Origin: Trueperaceae bacterium
GTDB lineage: Bacteria; Deinococcota; Deinococci; Deinococcales; Trueperaceae
DNA length: 64,000 bases
NCBI GenBank assembly: GCA_965213925.1
Contig: OZ243927.1
Location: forward strand, 3,008,001 to 3,072,000
Reading direction: 5' to 3'
The notes beneath the pieces are model-generated. The model did no database searches. It was not told the origin of the DNA and saw nothing but the letters and a program-made list of their open reading frames with translations. Within the stretch, counting starts at the first letter, position 1; every line of letters starts with the position of its first letter. Both the position numbers and the translations under genes were made by a program. Positions 53,937 through 63,144 of this stretch are shown here, in pieces.

Positions 53937-54857
53937 TTAACGTTCCCGCAAAAACCCCTCGAGTTCCTCTTTCGTCGGCGGATTTGCGCCCGCTCTGGTG
54001 CAGTTGAACGCGGCGGCGGCGGCGGCGGTGCGAAGAACCTCTCGCCAGGCTTCTTCAGAGAGATCTTGAACGCTATCCTGCGCCAAAAGCGACACCATGA
54101 GCGCCCCCGTAAAGGTATCCCCCGCCCCGACCGTATCCACCACCTCGACCTCGAAAGAGGGCGCGCGCAAGTCGTCGTGTCCAGCACGGTAGAGCGTGAC
54201 CCCTTCGCCGCCACCTGTCACGATGACCGCGCGAGACCCGTGCTCTAGCCACCTCCGCGCGACCTCTTTGTAAGCCGTATCGGGGTAAAGCCAGCGCAAA
54301 TCCTGCGAACTCACCTTGACGATGTGGCTGATCGGCAACCAGTCGCGCCTGAGCCGCGCTTCGAACGCCTCCCTGTCGGGGATGAGCGCCGGGCGCACGT
54401 TAGGATCGAAAACGATCGTTGCGCGCTTCACATGTTTCGCGGCGGTCTCGGTGAGCGTTGTGGCGGCAGGCTCTTGTAGCAGGCTGATCGAGCCGAACTG
54501 CACCATCTTCACGTCGCCGAAGTCCTGACGCGGCTGCGGGTCGTAAAGGACGTCGGCGGAGCTGTTCGCGATAAAGTCGAACACGGCTTCGCCCTCCACC
54601 TCGCCGACGAACGCGAGCGTCGAGGGCGCGTCACTCTCCAACAAAAAATTCGTATTCACGTCGTTATCCTGCAAATGTGCTCGGATAGCCTGCCCGAACT
54701 GGTCCGAGGATATTTGCGACGCGAACCCGACCGTTTCGCCGAGCCGCGCCGACGCCACCGCTACATTTAAGGGCGAGCCGCCCACATACCCCTTAAAGGT
54801 CAGCGTGTCAGTTTCCTTAAAGTCGATGAGGGCGTCGCCCATACAAATGATGTTCAT
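53937..54857 (-). CDS. PfkB family sugar kinase (fructokinase)
   Basis: GGSPLNVA, DPNVRP, DTVGAGD. Confidence 0.92.
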   Translation of the reverse strand: MNIICMGDALIDFKETDTLTFKGYVGGSPLNVAVASARLGETVGFASQISSDQFGQAIRAHLQDNDVNTNFLLESDAPSTLAFVGEVEGEAVFDFIANSSADVLYDPQPRQDFGDVKMVQFGSISLLQEPAATTLTETAAKHVKRATIVFDPNVRPALIPDREAFEARLRRDWLPISHIVKVSSQDLRWLYPDTAYKEVARRWLEHGSRAVIVTGGGEGVTLYRAGHDDLRAPSFEVEVVDTVGAGDTFTGALMVSLLAQDSVQDLSEEAWREVLRTAAAAAAFNCTRAGANPPTKEELEGFLRER

Positions 54858-54930
54858 GCAAGACCTCGCTCGTTCTTGAGTGGCTCACTCTATCAGAGCA
54901 CCGGCACCACTGTCACGAAACCACTGTCAC

Positions 54931-54963
54931 GAAAAAGACCCGACCTCTTTTCAAGGTCGGGCT
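54931..54963 (-). terminator. tmRNA terminator
   Basis: CCCGACCT/AGGTCGGG stem with T-run on the minus strand. Confidence 0.65.
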
Positions 54964-54968
54964 GCTAG

Positions 54969-55334
54969 TGGAGGCGGCGGGAGTCGAACCCGCGTCCGAG
55001 ACTCCTTCAGACGGGTTTCTACGTGTGTAGTCACCGAATCGTTGTCGGCTGAGGGCAGGCTCGGTGACAGACCTGAGCCCCCAGCTTAAACATCATTTTA
55101 GTTTCGCTGCGCCCCGACGTTAGAAGACGCAGCTAGCTTGTTTTAGGACGTCCCTCTAGCGAGCCACAAGCGGGGCTTCTAGCGGACGGTTAGCTACTCT
55201 TACGCAGCTAGTGCAAAGCTCTGTGAGCTATTGTGGTTGCCAGTTATTGGCTGTGCCGTTTTTTAGAGAGGCCAACGGCGTCCTCTACACGCTACCCTAT
55301 CCTCCGTGAGCCCCGTCGAGACCAGGTCGCCCCC
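54969..55334 (-). ncRNA. ssrA: tmRNA; tag (A)GNHNSSQSFALAA* at 55200-55241
   Basis: 5' GGGGGCGACCTGGTCTCGACGGGG; 3' GGTTCGACTCCCGCCGCCTCCA; ATAACT resume context. Confidence 0.95.
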
Positions 55335-55422
55335 AGGAGTATGGCAAGGTTTAGTATAGCACATAAGCGCCTGTTCGGGATGAAGCCGGTAACGTTTCAA
55401 AGGCTTTTATCGTCACCTTTGA

Positions 55423-55607
55423 ATACACTGTTAACTAAGTTTTGCATCACTGTTGTCACCCCGAGCGCAGCCGAGGGGTCTCGCATTACAATCTCTGTCA
55501 GGGAAAGAGGCAAATGCAGAGATTCTTTCACTCCGCGGAGTCTATCCTACGCTCGCCGTAGGGCTCCGTTCAGAATGACATCACTCATTTTTTAGTTGAC
55601 AGAGTAC
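55423..55607. mobile_element. MITE family A, copy 1
   Basis: TGA|ATACACTGTTAACTAA...TTAGTTGACAGAGTAC|TGA; core GTCACCC...GAGATTCTTTCAC...TTCAGAATGAC. Confidence 0.75.
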
Positions 55608-55816
55608 TGAAGCTCGATTTTCTTTGTCTTTACTACGCCAAGAGCAGTTCAGCTCGTCAGCCTGTCAGCTAAGCGTTTGTCCTAAAAGGCTGACAGGCTG
55701 ATCGCCTGACTCTCTACGCTTTCACCTTGGGGGATAAAAACCTGGTTTCGGCTCCTTATGCCCCCACCTGTAAGGGACGCTCGAGTCTCCCTCCTCCAAA
55801 CGGTTTATAAGAAGGC

Positions 55817-57439
55817 ATGGGTTCCGAAACAGCTTTTCCCACCTTGGACGACGCACAGATCGAAACGCTCAGGGGTTACGGCGAACTTTGGCAGACCGAA
55901 CAGGGGCAAACGCTCTTCGAGGTAGGCGACCCGACCTACCGCTTTATCGTCATCCTGTCGGGCAAAGTCGCGGTGGTCGAGCGCTTAGGAGACGAGGAGA
56001 ACGTTATCGCGGAGAGCGAGGTGAGGAGCTTTCTAGGCGAACTCAACATGCTCACCAACCAGGCGGTCTACCTCACGGCGGTGGTGCGCGAAGCGGGCGA
56101 GGTCATCGCGATTCCGCCCGCGGCGCTACGCGACATCATCGCCTCGGAGCCGGAACTGAGCGACCTCATTCTAGGTGCGTTCATCGCGCGGCGCGAGCTT
56201 ATCGTGGCGCGTTCGTCGGCGTTTTTGCGGCTCATCGGACCGGAATACTCCGGCGAGACGCTGCACCTGCGCGAATTCATGGTGCGCAACCGGCTCTCGC
56301 ATAGGTGGCTCGAGCCCCATGAAGAAGACGCCCAGGACCTCTTGGCGCGCTTCAACGTGTCGGCTGAGGACGCCCCTATCATCATCTGGCAAGATCGCGA
56401 GGTGTTGACGAACCCCAGCCTCAGCGAACTCGCCCAGACCATCGGTTTAGACCTCCAGGTGACGGACGGGCACTTCGACCTCATCGTCGTGGGCGCGGGC
56501 CCGGCGGGCTTAGCCGCATCGGTATATGGCGCGTCTGAAGGGCTCTCCACCGTCGCGGTCGAGTCCATCGCCACGGGCGGGCAAGCGGGCACCTCGTCGA
56601 AAATAGAGAACTACTTGGGCTTTCCCGCCGGGCTTTCGGGCGCGGAACTCGCGAGCCGCGCGGAGGTGCAAGCCTTGAAGTTCGGCGCGCGCATCACCGT
56701 GCCGCGTTCGGCGCAGCGCCTTAGGCGCGAGGGCGAATGCTACGCCGTAACGCTGGACGACGACAGCACGCTCACCGGAAGGAGCGTCGTCATCGCGACG
56801 GGCGCACGCTACCGCAAGTTGGGCGTACCGCGCCTAGACGAGTTCGAAGGTGTGGGCGTCTACTACGCCGCCACCGACATCGAGGCGCGGCTCTGTAAGG
56901 GCGACGAGGTCATCGTAGTGGGCGGCGGCAACTCGGCGGGACAGGCGGCTGTTTTCCTGTCGCGGCACGCCGCGAGGGTCCACGTAATGATTCGCGGCGA
57001 CGACCTGGGCAAGAGCATGTCGCGCTATCTGCTCAGCCGCATCGAGACCCTCTCGAATATCGAAGTGCACTATCACACCGAAATCGCCGAGCTGCACGGC
57101 GGCGAGGGTCACGGGAGGTTGACGGGCGTCACGGTCAAAAACAATCAGAATGGCGAGAGGTCGCGCGTGGACGTGTCGGGTGTCTTCACCTTTATCGGCG
57201 CGATTCCCTATACCGAGTGGCTGGACGGAACCTTGGCGTTGGACGAAAAAGGCTTCGTCTTGACGGGCGAGGACGCCGAGCGAGAGACCGAGAACCGGTC
57301 TCTACTAGAGACCACCCTCCCTGGCGTCTTCGCGGTGGGCGATGTGCGGAGCGGCTCGGTCAAGCGCGTCGCCTCGGCGGTGGGCGAGGGTTCGATCGTG
57401 GTGCGGTTTATTCACGACGCGCTAGAGGCACAGGCGTAG
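55817..57439 (+). CDS. cNMP-binding domain + thioredoxin-reductase-like oxidoreductase
   Basis: FLGEL cNMP motif; GAGPAG, IENYLGFP, GGGNSAGQ, GSVKRVASAVGEG; no CxxC. Confidence 0.9.
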   Translation: MGSETAFPTLDDAQIETLRGYGELWQTEQGQTLFEVGDPTYRFIVILSGKVAVVERLGDEENVIAESEVRSFLGELNMLTNQAVYLTAVVREAGEVIAIPPAALRDIIASEPELSDLILGAFIARRELIVARSSAFLRLIGPEYSGETLHLREFMVRNRLSHRWLEPHEEDAQDLLARFNVSAEDAPIIIWQDREVLTNPSLSELAQTIGLDLQVTDGHFDLIVVGAGPAGLAASVYGASEGLSTVAVESIATGGQAGTSSKIENYLGFPAGLSGAELASRAEVQALKFGARITVPRSAQRLRREGECYAVTLDDDSTLTGRSVVIATGARYRKLGVPRLDEFEGVGVYYAATDIEARLCKGDEVIVVGGGNSAGQAAVFLSRHAARVHVMIRGDDLGKSMSRYLLSRIETLSNIEVHYHTEIAELHGGEGHGRLTGVTVKNNQNGERSRVDVSGVFTFIGAIPYTEWLDGTLALDEKGFVLTGEDAERETENRSLLETTLPGVFAVGDVRSGSVKRVASAVGEGSIVVRFIHDALEAQA

Positions 57440-57440
57440 A

Positions 57441-57623
57441 CGAGGGGTCTCGGTTGGCTATGCCAAAACTCTGTGACTTTCAATCTCTGCAAGAGGAGTC
57501 AGCAAGGGCAGAGATTCTTTCACGGAGTCTATCCTATGGTTTACCGTAGGGCGGAGTCTATCCTACACTCGCCGTAGGGCTACGTTCAGAATGACATGAC
57601 TCATTTTTTACTTGACAGTGTAT
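57441..57623. mobile_element. MITE family A, copy 2 (left end missing)
   Basis: Shared core; right end TTACTTGACAGTGTAT|TCA. Confidence 0.7.
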
Positions 57624-57728
57624 TCAGTGTCGCTTCTCGCGACAACACGCCGACTGCTCTGACATGGGGGCTGGTATATTGCGCTATTCGTTGAGTTAAG
57701 CGCGTGGCAGATTAGCCAGAGGAGTTCG

Positions 57729-58484
57729 ATGAAAATTATCAGCATTATCAAGCAAGTTCCTGACGCTGAAGCGAGGATTCGCAGTTCTGCCGAGGGTATT
57801 GACCTAGAGGGCGTCACCTTTGTCATTGACGGAATGGACGAGTACGGCGTGGAGCAGTCGCTCCGCGTCAAAGAGTCGGGCGAAGACGCCGAAATCGTCG
57901 TGCTCGCGCTCGGTCCTAAACGCTTCGAAGAAGCGATCCGCACCGCGCTCGCGATGGGCGCAGACCGCGCGGTTCATATCGAAACGGACGACCCGCTCGA
58001 CCCCATCGCTCAAGCGAAGGTGCTCGCTAAAGTGATCTCGGACGAAGGGGCGGACGTGGTTTTTGTGGGCGGACAGGAGGCGGACTGGGACTCGTCGGCG
58101 CTCGGTCCGGCGGTGGCGGAAGCTCTGGGGTGGGCGCATGCGGACTGGACGACGAAGCTCGAGTTCCAAGACGCCCAGGCGAGCGTCACCCACGACAGCG
58201 ACGAGGGCAGCGAAGACCTTACCCTGCCCTTACCTCTTGTCATCACCACCCAGCAAGGCTTAAACGAGCCGCGTTATCCGACGCTCCCTAACATCATGAA
58301 AGCCAAGCGCAAGGAGCTGAAAAAGCTCAGTTTAGAAGAGGTCGGCGGCGCGGAGGCGAAAACGGTCGTCGTCAAAGAAGAGATTCAGGTGCGCGAGCGC
58401 CGCCAGCACATGATTGAAGGAGACGCGGCGGAGGCGGCGCAGGAACTTGCGAAGCTGCTGCGAGAAGAGGAAAAGGTTCTGTAA
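57729..58484 (+). CDS. etfB: Electron transfer flavoprotein beta
   Basis: IKQVPD, ALAMGADRA, NEPRYPTL..IMKAKRK. Confidence 0.95.
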   Translation: MKIISIIKQVPDAEARIRSSAEGIDLEGVTFVIDGMDEYGVEQSLRVKESGEDAEIVVLALGPKRFEEAIRTALAMGADRAVHIETDDPLDPIAQAKVLAKVISDEGADVVFVGGQEADWDSSALGPAVAEALGWAHADWTTKLEFQDAQASVTHDSDEGSEDLTLPLPLVITTQQGLNEPRYPTLPNIMKAKRKELKKLSLEEVGGAEAKTVVVKEEIQVRERRQHMIEGDAAEAAQELAKLLREEEKVL

Positions 58485-58485
58485 A

Positions 58486-58645
58486 TTGTGTCTTGCAGAA
58501 ACACCTAAGACCCGCCTAACAACGCCTTTCTTTGCCTGAAGCTTTTAGCGATTAGGTATTAGCTCAAAAACCTTTGCTAACCGCTAAGGGCTAAAAGCTC
58601 CGACAGTGTCGCGTTGTGTGTCCACCGAATGGATGCAAGACATAA
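58486..58645. repeat. MITE-like element with nested heptamer palindrome
   Basis: TIR TTGTGTCTTGCA/TGCAAGACATAA; inner AGCTTTTAGC...GCTAAAAGCT. Confidence 0.55.
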
Positions 58646-58734
58646 GTATAAGCAGCTCAGCGTTTCAGCCAGTCAGGGAAAGAACCTAACGAGCGGACAG
58701 GCTGACTTGCTACCACGCTCTCCGAAGGAGAAAA

Positions 58735-59703
58735 ATGATTTTACTCGTAGCAGAACATAAAAACGGCAAGCTTCGCAAAAGCGCGTCTGAACTCGTGACG
58801 GCGGCAAAGGCGTTGGCGGAGCCTTTAGACGCACAGGTGGCGGGGCTCGTCATCGGTAGCGATACGGACGCAGCGGCGGGTGAACTCGCCAAGTATGTCG
58901 GTGCGGTCTACACGGCGACGGACGAGGCGCTCGGCACGTTTCGGGCGGAACCCTATACAACCGTAGTGACGCAAGTCGCTAAAGCAAAAGAGGTCAAGGC
59001 GGTGCTCGTCGCGGCGTCTCGCTCGGGGCTTTCGTATAGCCCGCGCGTGGCGCTCAGGCTGGACGCGGGGCTGCTCGAGGACGTCACCTCGTTAGAGGTT
59101 CAAGACGAAAAGGTCACAGCGCGGCGGTTCTCGTACCTCTCGCGCGTCACCGAGACTGTCCAAGCGCAGAGCCTACCTGTTGTCGTTAGCGTCAAGCCGA
59201 ACATCTTTCCCGTCGCCGAGGAGAGCGGTGAGGGGCAAATCGAAGCGGCCGAGGTTTCGCTGGGCGAGCACGATACCCGCGTCGAGGTAGGCGAGCGGCA
59301 TACCGCAGGGGGCGAGCGCGTCGCGTTAGAAGAGGCGAGCGTCGTGGTGACGGGCGGGCGAGGCGTGGGCAGCGCGGAAGGGTTTAGCACCTTGGTCGAA
59401 CCGCTTGCCGATGCGCTTTCGGCGGGGATAGGCTCGACCCGCGCCGTTGTGGACGCGGGCTGGCGACCTTACGGCGAGCAGATCGGGCAAACCGGCAAAA
59501 CGGTTGCGCCTAACTTGTACGTGGCTTTAGGCGTATCGGGCGCGGTGCAGCACCTCTCAGGGATGAACCGCTCGAAGGTCATCGTCGCGATCAACAAAGA
59601 CGCCGACGCGCCGATCTTTAAGGTGGCGGACTACGGAATCGTCGGCGACGCGAACGCGGTTGTGCCGGAGTTTCAAAAGGCGGTACAAGAGGGCAAGGAG
59701 TAG
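58735..59703 (+). CDS. etfA: Electron transfer flavoprotein alpha
   Basis: [32 protein letters not shown]. Confidence 0.95.
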   Translation: MILLVAEHKNGKLRKSASELVTAAKALAEPLDAQVAGLVIGSDTDAAAGELAKYVGAVYTATDEALGTFRAEPYTTVVTQVAKAKEVKAVLVAASRSGLSYSPRVALRLDAGLLEDVTSLEVQDEKVTARRFSYLSRVTETVQAQSLPVVVSVKPNIFPVAEESGEGQIEAAEVSLGEHDTRVEVGERHTAGGERVALEEASVVVTGGRGVGSAEGFSTLVEPLADALSAGIGSTRAVVDAGWRPYGEQIGQTGKTVAPNLYVALGVSGAVQHLSGMNRSKVIVAINKDADAPIFKVADYGIVGDANAVVPEFQKAVQEGKE

Positions 59704-59724
59704 CTTTAATTCGTTCGGAGTTGA

Positions 59725-59978
59725 GTACACCGTAAACTAAGTATTGACACCTTCGCTGATGTCACCCTGTTCACGAAGTAGAGCGAAGCTTCGGCGAAGG
59801 CGTAAGGGTCTCGTTTGGCTATGCCAAAACTTTGTAACTCGCAATCTCGGCTATTGGGGAATGGAAGACGAGATTCTTTCACTCCGCTGTCGCTCCACAG
59901 GTCAAGGCTAAGAGCCTACTGAGCTTTGCTCTAACCTAGTTCAGAATGACATTACTCATTCTTTAGTTGACGGTGTAT
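59725..59978. mobile_element. MITE family A, copy 3
   Basis: TGA|GTACACCGTAAACTAAG...TTAGTTGACGGTGTAT|TGA. Confidence 0.8.
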
Positions 59979-59981
59979 TGA

Positions 59982-60225
59982 GTACACCGTTAAACAAGGA
60001 ATGCAACACTGTTGTCACCCTGTTCACGAAGTACGGCGCAACCTGGTTATCGAAGGGTCTCGTTCGGCTGTGCCGAAACTGCGTAATTGGCTGCGCTAAA
60101 ACTGCGTAACTTTCGTTCTCTGTCAGAGGAGTCAGCAAGGTCAGAGATTCTTTCACTTCACGGAGCCTGCCCTGGTGAGGGTTGCGTTCAGAATGACATC
60201 ACTTATTCTTTACTTAACGCTGTAT
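59982..60225. mobile_element. MITE family A, copy 4 (tandem with copy 3)
   Basis: TGA|GTACACCGTTAA...TTAACGCTGTAT|TGA; one TGA shared with copy 3. Confidence 0.8.
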
Positions 60226-60317
60226 TGAGTCACGCCTAGCAATTTGCAACAGCTAGGCGTGACCTCGTCTATAGAAGAGGCGTAAGGCGAACGAAGCGCG
60301 TCGGCTCGGCTGCGCTC

Positions 60318-60764
60318 ATGCACGTCGTCCTCGCGCAAACGGTATTTCTACTCCCCTCTAGCACGTTCATAGAGGCGCGCGCAGTCGGTCCCGAGTGCGT
60401 AATCTGGGCGGTGCGTTCGGCGTGTGTAGCGGAGCAACTCGTCGGCAAGAGACGCTACAAAGGTGAAAGTAAGCAGCGGCAAACTGCTGGGATGCGCTCG
60501 GTGCGCCGAGAGATGTTAGAGACGCTGCGCTCGGGTCGGTGCGGGGTGACGCTCGAGCTGGGCGACGTGCTCGCGGCGTACCTGCTCGACGACGCGGCGG
60601 GACACGCGCTCGGCGCGCTGCTCTGCGCTATTCGGGTTGCGCAAGCTGTGAAGCGCGACGTGGTGGAGCGTGTACCAGGTGCGCCGCGGCTCGAGAAAAG
60701 GTATCCGCAGCGGCTCCGCGCGTTCTCGAGCAGCGTGGAGCCCATCCAGATACAAGCTCCGTGA
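60318..60764 (+). pseudogene. Degenerate fragment, possibly DUF429-like
   Basis: RRYK...RREML..L...DDAAGHALGALLCA resembles the DUF429 C-terminus with the D-x-x-DA motif eroded. Confidence 0.35.
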
Positions 60765-61008
60765 TATCGAACAACCGAAGCTAAGCAACTACGGCGAAAC
60801 GCGGCGCGAGGTCCGGTATTGATCGTCGTAAAAGATGAGTTCTCCCGTACGAGACACGTCATCTTTCAGTACGGCGATAACAACCCTGCAGTCAGCGTGC
60901 CCGTTACGCGGAAGCCGCGGCGCGCTGCACGCGCTCTCGTAACCCACGCCCCCTCTTCCAGCAGTTCGGTATTCCACGCCCAAAGGTTCTATACAGGCGA
61001 CCGTCCCC

Positions 61009-61272
61009 TCAAACGGACTCCGCGACCTCCGAAAGCGTGAAGCGCACCTCTTCCATGACCGGATTGCTGAGCACGTTTGTGGCGACCTCTTGAAGTTGCG
61101 CCTCGACCGCTTCACGCTCGCCCGAGAGGGTGAGTTCGATGTATTTGCCCACGCGCAAGTCGCCTATATTGCTATGACCTAGGCGCTTGAGCGTATTCTC
61201 CACGGTGCGCCCTTGTGGGTCTAGGATAGCGCGTTTAAGCGTGACGTACACTTCGGCGTGGTACTTAGGCAT
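61009..61272 (-). CDS. purS: FGAM synthase subunit PurS
   Basis: LK..ILDPQG, RVGK, LSNPVME. Confidence 0.95.
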   Translation of the reverse strand: MPKYHAEVYVTLKRAILDPQGRTVENTLKRLGHSNIGDLRVGKYIELTLSGEREAVEAQLQEVATNVLSNPVMEEVRFTLSEVAESV

Positions 61273-62014
61273 GGCGTGTTCCTCCGGACGGCGCTGAAGC
61301 TAAGACGCGCTTGGCGACCTCTCTATACGCCTCTTCGACGCCGCCTAAGTCGCGCCGGAAGCGGTCTTTGTCGAGCTTTTCGCCACTTTTTATGTCCCAC
61401 AAGCGGCAGGTATCGGGGCTGATCTCGTCCGCCAAGATGATCTCCCCGGAGGGCAGGCGACCGAACTCGAGCTTAAAGTCCACCAGCCTCAACCCGCGCG
61501 CCGCAAAAAAAGGTTCCAACACGCCGTTCACCTCGAGCGAAGTCTCCTGCAGCGTCTCTAGCTCCTCTTCGGTCGCGAAGCCGAGCGCCACCGCCGTCAT
61601 ACTGTTCATCGGCGGGTCGCCGAGTTCGTCGGACTTGTAGCACCACTCCACGACGCGCGGGCTCAGTTCGAAACCCTCAAGGACGCCGTAACGCTTTGAA
61701 AACGAGCCCGCCGCCACGTTGCGAACGATCACCTCGACGGGGACGATACTCACCGCTTTGACGAGCTGCTCGAGGTCGGATAACGCCTCGACGAAATGCG
61801 TGGAAATATCCTGCGCTTCCAAGACCTCGAAGAGCCGCGCGCTCACCGCGTTATTCACCGCGCCTTTGCCCTGAACCGTGCCCCGCTTTTGCGCGTTAAA
61901 CGCGGTCGCGTCGTCCTTATACTCGACGATGAAGAGGTGCGGGTCGTCGGTGGCGAACACCTTCTTCGCCTTGCCTTCGTAGCGCTGCTCGAGTTTCTCT
62001 ACGGGCGTGTTCAC
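61265..62014 (-). CDS. purC: SAICAR synthetase
   Basis: [42 protein letters not shown]. Confidence 0.97.
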   Translation of the reverse strand: MNTPVEKLEQRYEGKAKKVFATDDPHLFIVEYKDDATAFNAQKRGTVQGKGAVNNAVSARLFEVLEAQDISTHFVEALSDLEQLVKAVSIVPVEVIVRNVAAGSFSKRYGVLEGFELSPRVVEWCYKSDELGDPPMNSMTAVALGFATEEELETLQETSLEVNGVLEPFFAARGLRLVDFKLEFGRLPSGEIILADEISPDTCRLWDIKSGEKLDKDRFRRDLGGVEEAYREVAKRVLASAPSGGTRHA

Positions 62015-62040
62015 GGGGTCACTATAACAGGACTGAGAGA

Positions 62041-62091
62041 AAAGGACTGAGGACTGAGAGAAAAGATTTTTCTCTCAGTCCTCAGTCCTTT
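62041..62091. repeat. Perfect 24-bp inverted repeat containing AGGACTG heptamers
   Basis: AAAGGACTGAGGACTGAGAGAAAA-GAT-TTTTCTCTCAGTCCTCAGTCCTTT. Confidence 0.85.
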
Positions 62092-62160
62092 CACCTCTTC
62101 TCTTTGTCCGTAAAGAAGCAGCGACCTCGACCAGTCCATATTCAGGCTACAATGCCCTCT

Positions 62161-62880
62161 ATGCTCATCTACGGTAAACAAGCGGTCATTGAAGCTTTGC
62201 AAGAGGGCGACGTGCAACGTCTTTTCATCGCCAACGGCGTGCAGCCGGGCACAGTCAAGCAGTTGGAATCTTTAGCCAAACGCTTTGGCGTCCCCTTCGA
62301 CCACGTGCCGCGCATCGACTTAGACCAGACCTTAAAGACGACGCGGCATCAGGGTATCGCCGCCGAACTGCCCGAGCTGACCTACGCTGACCCCGAGGCA
62401 CCTTTTAGGCTCGCGGAGGAGCGAGGCGAAAAGCTCCTACTTGTCCTGTTGGATCAGGTGAGCGACCCGCGTAACTACGGCGCGATCATTCGCAGCGCCG
62501 AGGTGTTGGGCGCGCACGGCGTCGTGACCGAGGAGCGGCGGAGCGCACCCCTTTCGGCTGTCGTGGCGAAAACATCGGCGGGGGCGAGCAGCCACTTGCC
62601 GCTCGTCCAGGTCAAGAACTTGCCACGCTACATCGACGGGCTCAAAAAGCGCAACGTCTGGATTTATGGCGCGTCGGGCGACGCCTATAACAAGCCAGGC
62701 GACATCGACTGGGACAGAGACGCCGCCTTGGTCATCGGCTCCGAAGGGTCGGGCATGCGCCGTTTGGTAAGGAACAAGTGCGACGACACCGTGATGATCC
62801 CGATGCGCGGGCAGGTCGCGTCCTTGAATGCGTCGGTGGCGGCGGGGATACTGATTTATTCGGTGATGAACGCACGGTAG
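62161..62880 (+). CDS. rlmB: 23S rRNA Gm2251 methyltransferase (SpoU family)
   Basis: HQG, DPRNYGAIIRSA, GSEGSG, SLNASVA. Confidence 0.92.
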   Translation: MLIYGKQAVIEALQEGDVQRLFIANGVQPGTVKQLESLAKRFGVPFDHVPRIDLDQTLKTTRHQGIAAELPELTYADPEAPFRLAEERGEKLLLVLLDQVSDPRNYGAIIRSAEVLGAHGVVTEERRSAPLSAVVAKTSAGASSHLPLVQVKNLPRYIDGLKKRNVWIYGASGDAYNKPGDIDWDRDAALVIGSEGSGMRRLVRNKCDDTVMIPMRGQVASLNASVAAGILIYSVMNAR

Positions 62881-62916
62881 AGGTGTGTAGCAGGTTCCTT
62901 CGGAAAGCTTCGCGCA

Positions 62917-62954
62917 ATCAAAGTCTGTCTCCCGTTGGTCGGAGCTGGTCGGAA
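62917..62954. repeat. 38-bp dispersed repeat, copy 2
   Basis: ATCAAAGTCTGTCTCCCGTTGGTCGGAGCTGGTCGGAA. Confidence 0.85.
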
Positions 62955-63144
62955 ACACGCTCACTTGAGAAAGCATTGACTAGCACGCACTTCAAGGGAT
63001 GACATCTGCGGAGAAGCGTTGCTGCGCACAACTCCGTTCAAGCAATGTTGTGAGGAACCGCTATAGAAGTAGCGACGAAACTACGCCTCCACTTCTCCCC
63101 TATCCCGGCTAGCCGCAACGCTCGAGACGAGCTAAACTCAAAAT

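Noticed and set aside
55423..60228. Repeat cluster as a CRISPR array
   Set aside because: Units are 180-250 bp with TIRs, there is no regular repeat-spacer period and no cas genes
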